Assembly (NCBI GenBank): GCA_013239625.1
Contig: MU054187.1
Location: forward strand, 23,126,795 to 23,190,794
DNA from: Lama guanicoe
Taxonomy: Eukaryota
DNA length: 64,000 nt
Reading direction: 5' to 3'
Positions 42,246-55,157 of the stretch are shown here, piece after piece. Numbering within the stretch: the stretch's first letter is position 1; the number at the start of each line of letters is the position of its first letter. The position numbers and the translations under genes were made by a program. The notes under the pieces were generated by a model. The model searched no databases, was not told the DNA's origin, and worked only from the letters and a program-made list of their open reading frames with translations.

Positions 42246-44031
42246 ATTTGTTACTTCTGTAATAAGAATGAAATCAAATAAATTTAACATCATTCACAAT
42301 AATGCACTTGGACTTTTGGTTTCAGCTACGCAAGCTGTATGTGTTTATTCCCTCATCATTCCCTGAATTACATGTACAACTGACTTTCAGTTACAGTACA
42401 TTCTTCCAAACTGCCCTTTAAAAAGGCATCCTGAGGTGTGAATTATGATTATGGATCATAATCACATGCCTGTTGTGACTGTGGTGTCAGAGATTTTATT
42501 GTCTAATCTGTCCTCAGATAACATATTTTAATGTCTAAATATTGACTTTTACACTTTCTACCTCGATGTACTTTTTTCCTTTTTTAATCACTCTTCCACC
42601 TTCTCTTTTCTCTCACTGTCTCAACAGCATCTATGTCTGAATTGGGCAAGTAAATTTAAAAATCACCTGATACTCCGCATTCCTGAATATCACTCTTATA
42701 CTGATGTGCACTCACGTTCCTCTGCATATATATTCCCCCTTTAGGTATAAGATTAAATTTGTATCTGTTTTGTGGGTCATCAGGTTTCCCTGGCATCTGA
42801 GCTTTTATTTGTTTTTATTTGTTTGGAGTGCACCGTTTCACACACTTGAATCCTAAATTCATCCAGTGTGCTCAGAGAAGCAGCCGCATACCATGAGGAC
42901 CAAGGCACTCCGGTTATTCCCGAGCTTATCCTACAGCTGGGGGCCGGGGTGATATGGACCACACAGCGAAGGTAGGATTAGACCTTCCTGAGCTACAAAT
43001 CATGATCATTTTTATTTTCTAATATTTTCTTAAATAAGTTGTTATATTTAAAGCACAGCTTGCAAAGTTCGCATGACTACAAGCTGGAAAACTTCTCTTT
43101 ATAGTCAGAGTTGACGAAACAAAGAGACCCAAGATGCGTGTAGAGCAAACTGCATCTTAGTTGGTCCTACAGTGTAAGATGCAAACAGGTCAGAGGCATA
43201 AAAGACTTCAAACTTACCGAAATGAGGATCACGTGTAATCAAAGCAACACAAAGCAAGCAGCTGATGATAGCAGCTTCTAGGACTGGACGGACCACCAAA
43301 ATGAGAAGGAGCCATGAGGTTCTCCTACCTGCCCTGCAAAGCAACAGCAGGCACCCTTTTCAGATGGAAAAGATACTAGATTATTTTTTAAACAGCTTTG
43401 AGTCTGACCTGTCAGAAAAATTGATACATTTAAAACAACTTCTAAATATAGATGGAGGAGAGGCGTGGACCTCTCACTCCCCACTCCCTGCTTCTGCCCA
43501 AAGGGATGTAAGTTCAGGAAGGATGAGAAGGCTTCCTAATGAGCTTACCAGTGATAGGAAGCCACTCAGTGGTACACCCAGCTCAGACCACCCTGGGGAT
43601 TCTTCATCACAGGACGTCTATCCTGAATGAAGAAAAGACTGCACATTATTCTGGCCAATCTCTTGAAGGCATATATATTTCATTCCACTCCACACTACAG
43701 AACCCCTTTTGGTATTTACTGGAACTGTTTATAGTCTACCTGAAAATCCTAAATTTGATTTGCAGCATTCCCCTTTCAGTTCTATCATAAAATTTTCACT
43801 GTCTCCTAATTTTCAGCTCCGTGGAAGGTTGTGCAATATCGCAGTTTGTCCTTCCCTGCTGCTGTTGACTTTTTTTTGGCTCTCTGAAAGCTGAGGAGCA
43901 AGGGCTAATATTTTTTTTCCGCCACTCAAAGCCAATCTTTTCTTCACGAAGGTGGGGAGTCACTTCAATGGTATGAATCCAGGAATTTTTTAAAAAGTCT
44001 AACTAAAACAAACCAATCTCTCAGCTTCTAT

Positions 44032-44236
44032 CAGGTGTCAGCAAACTTTTTTCTGTAAATAGTCAGCAAATATTAGAGACTCTGTAGAGACTCCTTAACT
44101 AGGCTATCATAGTGTGAAAGCTGTTGTAACAGCAGCAAATACACAAATGGCCATGACTATGTTACAATAAAACATCCTTAACAAAAACTACTGTCTGGCT
44201 AGATTTGGCAAGTGGTCCACAGTTGGCCAACCTCTT
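44032..44236. mobile_element. MER58A-like hAT DNA transposon
   Basis: Inverted-repeat-like ends 'aggtgtcagcaaact' and 'agttggccaacct'; internal 'gttacaataaaac'. Confidence 0.75.
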
Positions 44237-44529
44237 TTGCTTTTTTCCTTAAATTCCATCACTCCTGTTTTTTCCCCCAAGACAGTGACCCTTTTATTAG
44301 TATGAGGGAAATCTCTATATACTATCAGCTATCGTAAAAAATTTTGTAGAAATAAACTTTCAGTTCCCAAAAAGCAAGTTTCAAAAAAGGGGAAAAAAAT
44401 CATTGAGAGTCCTGGGTATAAGTAAAAGCTGACATCTGGCACCAATTATTAGAAGAACTGACAAAAAAAATATTGACTGGAAACAGAGGCAAACCTCAGT
44501 GAATTCAGAATTTTTCCAGGGTCCACGTC

Positions 44530-44880
44530 AACTCACTCATTTATCTACCTGTCTATTCGGCCAAGCACTCTGCAGCACTTACCATATCAAGAGGCACTAA
44601 ATTAGGTATAAGGAGGGGGCAATGAGTACCTATCAGCCAGAGGCCAGGCCATTACAGAATTTTCAGTCTAGTAGGAAATACATACACCAAGGAAGTAATT
44701 AAAAGTATAGTGGATGCTGCAGAAGAGAAGTAGAAGATGTTGGGAGAGCAGATGATGGGAGGTCTTATACAGAAGTTTGGGCTGGAGGGGAGCTGGGGCT
44801 GCCAAGGAAGCATCTCCAAGCAACCAATGTATAAACCAAGACATTAAGGATAGTCAGAATTGGCCAGGCGAGAAGGACTG
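44530..44880 (-). mobile_element. L2 remnant
   Basis: 'ctcactcatttatc...ggcactaaattagg...ttcagtctagtagg'. Confidence 0.45.
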
Positions 44881-45239
44881 AAAGCAAGGAGGGGTGAGAT
44901 TATTAACAGTTTTTTGTTTGGCTTGCTGTCCATTTTCTAAATGTAGGTCCTATGCCTTTGTACATGATGAAGGCACTGAGGATAAGATTGTTGCACTTGA
45001 TACAGTGGAATAAAAACTTCTTACTGTGACTGTTGGATGGTATTTTGATGCTTTGGAACAGAAATAAAAATCTGTGTGACCTCCTTGGATGAGCTGTGAC
45101 TTCGAGGCCACAATTTTGCTAGTTTTATATTTGAATTTTAACTATTTGACAAATATAATTAGTTCACTGAGATTAAATCAAAGACATTAAGGGAAAAACT
45201 GTAGCCAGGGTAAAAGTTATACTCAAGAATGAACATTTA

Positions 45240-45347
45240 GGAGAGTGAATGAGAGGGAGGGAGAGGAGGGTGAGAGGGAGGGAGGAATGGAGGAAGGAAG
45301 GAAAGAAAGAAAGAAGAAAAGGAGAGGGGGGAAGTGGAGAGAGGAAA
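45240..45347. repeat. GA-rich polypurine low-complexity tract
   Basis: Direct read: gagg/gaag/gaaa units. Confidence 0.85.
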
Positions 45348-46911
45348 AGCTTTGATGACGAGAGCTTCTGACTAATGACTAAGAGTCGAAAGATATCTTC
45401 AGTTTATTTCTTTAAAACTGAAAATGTCATACAAAAGGCCCTTGGGGAATTGTTTTGCAAGTAAATGTCTTATCTGTAAGGAAAAAAGACTAATAGACTC
45501 TCTGAACTGTAACGGTCTAACCTCTGGAAAATATATAGTCAGTTTTTATAAGACTAACTCATAGTGCAATGGGTAAAGCTTTTGTCTCAAAACCATAGTG
45601 TCCCTGATAAATACTGCACTTGTTTCTTTGTGTTGCAGCGTTTAATACTCTGTATGTTGTGGGAGATACACCAGGTCCACAAGACTTGGGTAAGGAGAAT
45701 TGGGAGGACCCGGAGGCTTGCTCTGTGACCCTATCTGCCACTTTCATTCAGCAGTGATGCTTGCAACTTCAGCAAATAGCGTAACACAAAAATGGCAGGT
45801 ACAGTCCTACAATTGTCGTCTCTTTCATCACACATCTATATGGACCTGAGTGCCACTGAGTCTCACTGGTTCTGAGATCCCAAATTCAGTATTTATCCTC
45901 AGGTCTCCTGGAGAGGTTTCAGCCTTTCAGATCCAGTGGACTGGCCCCTGATACATCCAGACAGTTATTTCCTAAATGGAACATCAGTGCATCAGCTTTA
46001 GGGGAGAAATCAGTGTTGAGCTCTCCCAGATAATTAATCCAAGTTTTGATATCATCATTAAGAGGCAAACACTGAGGGACCAACTGGAAAGAGCAGTACA
46101 CTGAGATAACTATTTGAAATTAAGTTATTTCTCCTTAGGAGCTGATACCTTGCAAACAACAACGTGTGGGTGGTAGACAGTGAACTCTCTGAGGTATTTG
46201 TCTCTCAGGTATCACTGCAATGGCCACTTGCACAGAGTTGCTCTTTTCCACCTTTCAAACAAATGTGAATCCTCCACTTAAAAACCCTCATAGCTTAAGG
46301 TCCTTCTCCCTTTCTGCATCACATTGGGATTTTACCCTTATTTCGATGGTGACTGGATTATCAGTCTTCCACAAAATAGTGGAGGTAATGTGAGTATGGG
46401 GAACATACCTGAACATACCTAGTTTTGCCCACCTTCGTGTCTCAGAGAAGTGTCTGCAGTGTTACATGGTGGATGTTGAAAACTATTCACTGAATGATTA
46501 AAACAATGAGTGGAAGATTCAATAAAATAATAATCAATAAACTACAGAGGGCAAATAGATTTATAGAAGGCAGGTGTCTAAATGCTTTGATTTGGGGAGC
46601 ATAGTCAAAAGAATCTTCTTAACAAAAGTATATACGCAATCAGATTGCTAAATGCATTTAATTAAAAAATATTAGAAACGATCTTTTCCTAGGTTTTCTC
46701 TGGTAAAATACAATTATCAGTAAGTGAAGCTATTGCATTAGATAATTAATTGTATAGCTGGGTTTACTAGAATCTGTTCATTTCTAGATCTGTCAAAGAG
46801 TGGGAAATTTTTCACAGATCCTTTTTTCAGATGAAACTTTAGATTTGATAAACAAAGAGAATGAATGAGTGAAACAGGGAAGGAGGGAAAGAAGGAAGGA
46901 GCAGAACTTAG

Positions 46912-47165
46912 AGCAACCATAGCGTAGTGGTTTAGAGCCTGGCGTTAGCTCTAGATTGTTGGGGTCCATAAACCTGTCTCTAAGGTGCATTCACTGTGTG
47001 TCTTACGCAACTTTTTAAATCCCGTTGGGGATTCAGTTTTCTTATCTGTAAAATGGGTTCATTAAAGTGCCTACACCATTAGGCAATTGACAGGATTAAT
47101 CACAGCAATGAATGAAAGTCTTTAAAATAGTGACAATCACACTGTAAGTGCTATGCAAGTGTTCA
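46912..47165 (+). mobile_element. MIR SINE
   Basis: 'agcgtagtggtttagagc...tcagttttcttatctgtaaaatggg...gtaagtgctatgcaagtgtt' MIR core. Confidence 0.8.
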
Positions 47166-48434
47166 CAATTAATTTTCCACCTCCTCTAAACCTAAAATGT
47201 ATTTTAAGCCCAGAGGCATATGGCTGCTCTTTTCAGAACCATAACTCTTCAGAATTTGACCATCTTAGAAAGAATATAAAGTTGTGGTTCAACATTTAGA
47301 AAATGCTGCATAAGGTAGCTTGCGCATAGATACTCTTCTTGAGTTTTCAGCCTTTTTATTTCCTATGGGTAAACAATAAAAGTTGTTAGGATAGATAGCA
47401 AAACAGAGAGAGTGATATAATTAAAATATTTTTACCACGCTCCTTTTTCTATGCACCAAGTGTTCTGTATCTGTATTTGTATTGCATAAGCGGCAATTAA
47501 ACAATAAGCAAAAATATGAATGCCATCATTTTTTAAACACACACACACACACAAAAGTGAAGATTGGGGGCTTTTAGTATAAATTGTATCTGCTTCATTA
47601 CCTCTTATGTGACCATCAGGTAGCACTTGGATTTCAAATAGCAAAGCAAATTGGATAAGGAGTCTAACTTCCCAAAATGTTTTTTGTCCTCTAAACCTTG
47701 CTATACTGCAGAATAGCTCTTCCCCTCCCCTTATCTGTCTATATATTTGGAGGTTTGATAAATTGACTCTTTACTATACAATCAAATTCATGCTCACCCT
47801 TTTAAATACAGGGTTAATTATATATGCATATTGGTTTTATGACACTACAAATAGTGATTATTCGATTTTCATTCTGCAGCCCCAAATGCTTTTAGGAAGA
47901 AAACTGCCTTCAAGATAATGCAAAATATCAGTCAATATCAGTCAGTATCAGTCCTCCTGTACCAAAACTGGAGGAAAGCATCAATTAGAAAGATTAGAAT
48001 TTGAAAGAGCACTGTTAAAACTTTTTGCACTCATATCCTGCTTTCTATACTCATTTGTTTGGAACATTCATGGATGTGTTATAAATATCCACCAATGCTT
48101 ATTCAAATTTTCTAAAATATCTACTACCTCTCTAAAACTGTCATATTCAAAACACAAGCCTGGATGGGAGAAATATAGTCAGTGAATAAGAAAGGAATCA
48201 TAGAATCATAAAGTAAATACATGGGGCTTTCTGTTTCAGGACTGAATAAATTTGAGGAACTTGAAAAGGAATTTTCAAATGTCAGGAAATGCCAGTATAC
48301 TAAAATCATTAAACAAAGCACAGGCGTTAAAGAAGATGCTTCAGTCTCAACAAATACCAGACCAACATGCATACGTGATTCAAGGCTTAAATTTGTTGAA
48401 GTCTGGCTGCATTTGAAACTAGGTAGCTGTATTT

Positions 48435-49400
48435 ACAGTTTATTCATTCAGTCTTCAAAAATATATTCAGGACCTGCTATAAGCCAATCACTATTGTACA
48501 TGCTGGAGATACAAAAGTTAAAACAAAGTCTTAGTTCATAAGTGACTTACATTATATTAGGTTCCATGGACACCTGTCAAGTAAAATGAGTAAAATAATT
48601 TCTGAAAATAATGAGATATAAAGAAAAAAATGGTCAGACAAGAAACTTCTGAATGGCTTATATTAAGATAAGAAGTACCTGACTTGGGGGGAAAAAGCTA
48701 CATACAATTTTATAGGAAATAATTAAACAGAAGAATCATCCTATGCAAAGTTCTTGGCAAAGTAGCTCGCTGGGCCAGGCAGGAGTGTGCAGCAGCAAGG
48801 GAGCCTGTGTGGCGAGAACTCAGTATGTATATATTAGTGAGAGAGCATGGTAGGCAGGGACTAGATAGCAAAAATCCTAGAAGGCATTGGAGCACAACTT
48901 GGGTTGGCCTTCTTGTCTTCAGTGTACCATACACAGTTAGGAGCTGGACAGTTCCGTGACTTGAATTACAAGATTACTCTGGTTGCTACTTGAAGCAGTT
49001 TAGATAAGCCATGATATTAGCCTAGAGTGGTGGCAGTGAAGATGGGAAAGAGTGAGAGATAAGAAAAGGAAAATGTTCTGTAATAACAGAAAGGTTTTGG
49101 TTTGACCCACTGAGTATATCAGGATAAAATTTCCTAAGGAATCTTTGTAAGAAGAATACAATTTGGGGAAAATTAAGAATTTTATTTCAGCCATGTTATA
49201 TTTTGAATTCCTATTAGACCTACAAACAGAATTGTTAGTGAAATAATTGGACATGGAGCTCTGGGACAAAAATCTAGAATGGAGACACATATTTGGAGAA
49301 ACCTAGAGTGGAGACAGATATAAATGAAACTCACTAGTTGAAGGAGAAAAGATAACATTTCAGGAGCAATACTGAGGTCATGCTGACCTTTACTTCTTGA
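48435..49400 (-). mobile_element. L2 (L2a-like) fragment
   Basis: 'ttcattca...tgctggagataca...aagattactctggttgct...ggacatggagctctggga'. Confidence 0.65.
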
Positions 49401-49508
49401 GCAGATGGTTAGAACCTTATAAAAGGGAAATCTGAAGACTTAGTGTTTCAACATGTACCTGGGATTTGTTTTAATCAGAGATGATAAGACATGCAAACAC
49501 ATAAATGA

Positions 49509-49960
49509 CTGTCCTGTAGGAAGGCTTTTTATCCTCAAAGATCATTAGAAACATGGTGCACAGCAGCCATGCAGAACCACACTGGGGAAGCACCAAGTTT
49601 GTTCAGGAGGGAGAAAAGGTGGGGGAATAGGTGAGCCAAAGAACATGGCTTTTGCAGGAAGGAAGATTTAACTATGGCTAGTTTGAATAATTTGGCAAGC
49701 TCTGGGGTGTAGGAATTATCCTTAGTTGTCTGGTTCCTGGCCCTGGGCTCATCAGGGCAGAGGAGTATTGGCTTTGGGACTGAGAGCCCTGCGAGAGCCT
49801 GATAAAGCAGGTGGCTGGGGATATGGGCTTTGAACTGATTAGCTCATGAAAGACACACTCACAGGGGCATCGTTTGCTGTCTTTAGGAATCAGGTAGCCC
49901 TGGAAAGGGGCAGGCTGTCCAAGATCAGCAAGGGCCTAAGCTATCAGAACATCAAAAAAT
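49509..49960 (-). mobile_element. Old ERVL-class LTR
   Basis: 'ggctagtttgaataatttggcaagctctgggg...ttgtctggttcctggccctggg'; subfamily uncertain. Confidence 0.55.
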
Positions 49961-50639
49961 ACAAAAAATGAAAAAAAAATACATAAGGTTTTGTAAATAG
50001 GAAAATATAGTATGAAAGGGGGAAAAAAGGATATTTCAAGAAAGAAGGAATTTGCAGTTGTCAAAAGTGGCTGCAAGCAGAGACAGTTGAAAGGAGGAAG
50101 GGTACCACTGACACTGGTCGAATAAATCTCCCAATGACCTTAAGGAGGACAATGTCAAAAGAGCTGAGAGATTGAAGCCCATCAGGATGAGCTGAGGACA
50201 CCATAGGGAAGGGGGAAATTTTGAAAGAGGCTTTTGATAAGAAGGGAACAAAGAAATGGTACATAAGATCACTTACTTTTGCTTTACCACCCAAGTCTCA
50301 GACTTTGCCTGATGACTTCCGTCTAAGAGGCCCTTGATTTTGCCGACAGAATGCTAAATGCCGAACTTACCCCCAGCTGCCTTTGCCCTCTCAGCTCCCA
50401 GAACACTGATACAACCAGAGCCCTACAGCTGAGGCAAGATATTAGAGTTTTCCAGACAAAGGGGAAAGACCCTAAGATAATGGAATTTGGGTTTACTAAA
50501 AAATAGCCCCTCAGATGATCCTATAGCTAAGCTCAAACTGACAGCTCCCACCTGCATAGCCAGAGCTTCCGAACAGAATTGTAATTACTCTTTCCTTACA
50601 CAGTACACACTATATATTATCTTTCAGCTGAGATAAAAG

Positions 50640-50860
50640 GTTATAATGGTTCATATTCTAGATTTCAGATCTCCACTGCCTGGAATTAAAATCATAAATT
50701 TATTACTCTGTGGGTACCTTGGGCAATGCACCTAATTTCCCTTATCTCTGAAAAGAAGATTAGTAACGTGCTACATCATAGAGTTGTGTAATACATGTGA
50801 GCAAAGAGGAAAGAAGTTCTTGGTAAGCATTATATCCATGCCAACAGTGAATACTCTTAT
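50640..50860 (+). mobile_element. MIR remnant
   Basis: 'gtaccttgggcaa...atctctgaaaag...tacatcatagagttgtg'. Confidence 0.5.
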
Positions 50861-50899
50861 TATTTTAAGGTACAGATAGTGAAAAAACAATAAGATAAA

Positions 50900-51380
50900 G
50901 CAAGAACTTAGAGAAAGAATAACATTGAGGAAAACTGTAGATAAAAGTACCATTATAATTCTCAAAAGAGATGAAGATATTGAATCTATAAAATAATGAA
51001 AAGATTCTTCAGATAATACCAGAGAACAACAGTTAAACTGAAAACATTTTAAAAATTAAGTAGAAATGGAAAATTCAATAGAAATATTAGAAGACAATGC
51101 TGTGAAAAATCTTTGAAAAACAGAGCAAAGAGACAGAAAGATAGTAAATAAGGAGAAAAGATTAGAGGCTTAGAAGATCAAACCATGAAGTTCAGTATAA
51201 TGTTCTTCTTTGCCATCTTAAATATAGTCGATGCTGAGGGAGGGCACTCAGAAAAGCATGGAAGACAGGAAATCTCCCATGGAAATATACCAGGTAACTT
51301 CCTAGATACCAAGGACTTGAATTTCCAGAATAAAACCCCAAATCCCACTGGGTAGCATGCACAAGGATGAACTAGAGGCA
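50900..51380 (+). mobile_element. Old L1/HAL1 ORF1-region remnant
   Basis: A-rich 'aattcaatagaa...cagagcaaagagacagaaagat...ttccagaataaaa'. Confidence 0.5.
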
Positions 51381-51785
51381 CACATTACACTATTCTAGCA
51401 GAAAGGAACTGTCATGCACATGTGGAAAACTAAAATTTAATATGTACACTTTTTAAAATTGAAATTTCAGAGGTGAAAGAGGGCTTTCCCTTTAAGCAAA
51501 ATCAGAAGCTTCACAAGCAAGGCTGTAGTGGATGTAAGTAGAAGGTAGATAAGGAGGAAGTAGATCTTAAAATTCTATAGTCATTATTCACTCTAGCCCT
51601 CCCCTCTGAATGGAAGCTCTTGTAAACAGGAGATGGGCAAGGTGCAATCATACGGGTAGGGATGCGTGTGTGAAAAGTGCCAGGAATGAAGGGGGTACTG
51701 ATACAAATTAATCAAGTGATAAGTCTTCAGATGGGCAAGCTTCATATTCATATTCTTAAAGTAATATGGGTAAGCATTTTTCTTG

Positions 51786-52208
51786 AGTATTATGTTAGGC
51801 AGCATTTTCCAGAGACACAGAACCAAGAGGAAATGTGTGTATACAGAAAGAGATTTACATTAAGGAATTGGGCTCATAGGATAATGAAGGTGGGCAAGTC
51901 CAAAATTTGCAGGGCAGGCCACAAGCTGGAGGCCCAGGGAGGAGATGATGCTACAATTCAAACTGAAGGCCATGCACTGGCAGAAATCTTTCTTGCCCAG
52001 GGGAGGACCAGTCTTTGTACTTGTAAGAACTTCGATGATTGGATGAGGCCCACCCATATTAAGGAGCGCAATCTGCTTTACTCAAAGTTTACCAGTTTAA
52101 ATGTTAATTTTACCCAAAAAACAAAAATATCAGAACTATCCAGAACAATGTTTCACAAAATATCTGTGCACCATACTCAGCCCCGTTGACACATAAAATA
52201 AACAATCA
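51786..52208 (-). mobile_element. MLT2-like (ERVL) solo LTR
   Basis: 'ccagagacacagaacc...gattggatgaggcccaccca...aatctgctttactcaaag...gttgacacataaaat'. Confidence 0.85.
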
Positions 52209-52599
52209 AAGTATTGAATCAGGGCTGAAAGGGGCAAGAGGTTCTACTTTTATCTCACAGATTTTCGCCTCAAGATCATAATTTTAATGGATTCCTGTAT
52301 CCCTTTTGCTTGCATCTCATTGGTCTGTGCTTCATCACGCATTGCATGCTAGGCATCTAACAGGATAATCAGTGTGCCATATTTGAACAACATATGCAGT
52401 ATTAAGAAGAGAATTTAAATGTGGACCAATCACATCCATCACTTGCTCGTGGATACCCTAGCCACAGTTCTTATCATCACTTACAGGATGTGCAGTATAT
52501 TATCAATATGGAAAGATTGGTTGGAAGACTTACGTACATTTTTGCCACATCTGGAGGTATTTTATGATCAATTTAAATAAAATGTGAGTTCCTATGGAC

Positions 52600-52936
52600 T
52601 TTAAGCCAGAATCCGTATTTTTGCCTTGTCTAAATTCTAGAGACTGCTGGCATTCCTTGCCTAAATTTTGCACCTTCAAAGCTAGTCACGGACAGTGGAG
52701 TCCGACTCCCAATGCATCCCTGTCATACTGACTATTCTGTCTCTCTAGTCCACCTTCAAGGAACTTGGGTTACATGGGGCCTACCCCATACAGTTCAGGG
52801 TAACCTCCTTCTTTTAAGATAAGTCAATGACGTACCAACTTCCATCTACTACTTTAATTGTCTTTTGATACACAGTAAAACACATTCAGAGGTTCTGGGA
52901 ATCAGGATACGGACATCTTTATTCTGCCTGCCACAG
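52600..52936 (-). mobile_element. MLT1 LTR fragment
   Basis: 'ttctagagactgctggcattccttg...cattcagaggttctgggaatcaggatacggacatcttt'. Confidence 0.7.
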
Positions 52937-54991
52937 CCGTGATCTCCTGAAAACAAGCAGGAACTCCTCTCCAGGCAGATCACATGTGCTCTGCAACTCT
53001 CCTTCAGTGCTTTCCCACTTCTTCACAGGTTACGGACTTGGTTTTATGAGCATCTGAGGTTGTGATCCTCGTTATAAACATTTGTGGGTTTGTGAAACAC
53101 ATACAGCTGTTTTTAAAAAGTAGTTGCTTACTTAACTTCAAGAACCCAGGAATTATAGGAATATCTGGAGTGACTCCTAGATTTCATTCCAAGGCTTTAA
53201 TCTTTTTTCTTTTTCTAGTTGACAAAAGAAAAGCAATTGTTGCAGATATATATGTATTATATATGTATATGTATATATATATTTATTAACTCCTAGGAAC
53301 AAGCAACTTTGCTAAGTACTTATATGTACAATCACAAAATTTTGGTTGACTTAAATTTGATGGAAATTACTTTGCAACCAAAGTTTGCAAAAGATTCCAT
53401 TGAAAGTTGAGCAATGTCTTTGTTCCAAAGACTGAGGAAACACTAATATCAGAGAAATAGGAAAACTTTTTGGATATAATTCCTTTCAACTACCCAACTG
53501 AAAATTTACATAAATAAGTTCTTTGTGAGCAGTGATCAGACAAGATGTTTTAAAATTAGTGTGGTATGGTGCCGGGTAGAGAGTTTCTGCTCGAAAGATG
53601 TTCGCTTAATGAAACATTGGAAACAATATTTCTTTTTGGGTTTTGTCTTCCCTAATTTTTTGGGGGGGGCTTTTGCTTTGTTTTGTCTGTATGCATGTTT
53701 TCTTAAATTGTTTATCTGTTTTGTAATAGAGGCAAAAAGATTCTAATCTTTTTTTGTAGTCTATTAAATCTAGGTTCCTGGGAGGAAAAAGTATTCAGGG
53801 ATCTAGAGATGAAAGAGGAGAATAAATACTAGTTTCTCATGAAGAAGACCCCATCCTAAGAGAATACTAAACCACTACAATTAACACTTAGTTTGCTGCA
53901 GAGCAGGCAGCCATGTAATGCTGCTAATTTAGGAAATTGCCAAAGCCGGCAGTACAATGTACATGTTCTCTTCCAATGCCATTATGCACAGCAGGGACAA
54001 AGGAATGCATGGTGGAGCCATTAAACTTAAATTAAAATTACACCTTGGAGTGAAATTCTGCACTAATGTACATTATGTTACTTTAGGGTGCCCTTGTTTC
54101 CTTTCTTCATTGAGTTAAACATGCACTTGGTTTCATTTGGAAATCTAAGGAGAAAAAAAAAAAGGCGTCACAACGTTACCATTTCCATTCTATTTTGTGC
54201 TGGGCAGCCTTGAGGTCTAAACATATTGCAAGGGTTCTCCTGGGTCTCCTGCCCCCGCCCCAGCTGTTTCGTTCTAGGAGGCAGTGGAAAGAGTTACACC
54301 CTGCTGTTCAGCACTTCCTTTAAAAGGAAAAACTGCACTGTGGTAAGACTTGGAAATGGCTTTCTCCCAGGATGCTTAATTACAAAGGTGGTTACTTTGC
54401 TGCAAACTTTAAAACGTTTTCTGGAAGTATGTGGATTATTTAAAGTTTCTAAGCATATGTTCCAGATTTTCTTTCTATGTGATGCAACATGGAAGTCTGC
54501 ATGCATAATGTAGCTTCTTTTGAGCCGTATTGTACAATGAAATATAAAATGGTGTGTCCACATACATGTTTGCACACACATATATATGTTTATATATGTG
54601 TGTATGTATATATAGGCTCACATAAGTAACATGAATAATAAATAGTCCACATGTTTGAGAGGGTTCAGTTTTCACCTGGTGTTTCTTCCTCCTATGTTTT
54701 ATATCTGCATGTGTACCTATAATGAGTAATTTTGATTTAGTCCGATTTATTTCACAGGCAATAGTTTTACGTATCTGTAGGTAGCTTCTCCTATTTGCAA
54801 GAGTTCTATTCAACAAGGGCCCAGATTAAACTGATTTACCAAAGGAATTTTACAATGGAGCCAAATGAACTTTTCTACTTAAGGGCTTACTTAGTATTTG
54901 ATTTTACTTATTCCTCGACTTGTAAAATAACAGTCAAAATTTTACTTTTGCTGAGAGAAGTGTTAACCATGTTTGCCCTCTTATGAAAGTT

Positions 54992-55157
54992 TATTTTACA
55001 AATTTTGTTAGTTTTTAATTTTTTTTTTTTATTTTTTAGGTGGGGGAGGGAGGTAATTAGGTTTTATTTATTTATTTTTAGAGGAAGCACTGGGGATTGA
55101 GCCCAAGACCTTGTGCATGCTAAGCATGTGCTCTACCAATTGAGCTATACCCTCCCC
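54992..55157 (-). mobile_element. tRNA-derived SINE (camelid Vic-type)
   Basis: Minus strand reads GGGGAGGGTATAGCTCAATTGGTAGAGCACATGCTTAGCATGCACAAGGTCTTGGGCTCAATCCCCAG (A and B boxes), then an A-rich tail. TSD ct(t/c)atgaaagtt at 54980-54991 and 55158-55169. Confidence 0.9.

Noticed and set aside
47925..47953. Triple 10-bp repeat (atatcagtca)
   Set aside because: Ordinary short slippage repeat.
51677..52189. 170-aa ORF
   Set aside because: Lies mostly in an antisense MLT2 LTR, starts at GTG and shows no recognisable domain.
55085..55157. tRNA gene
   Set aside because: An A-rich tail and TSD show it is a SINE head, and the B box is degenerate.
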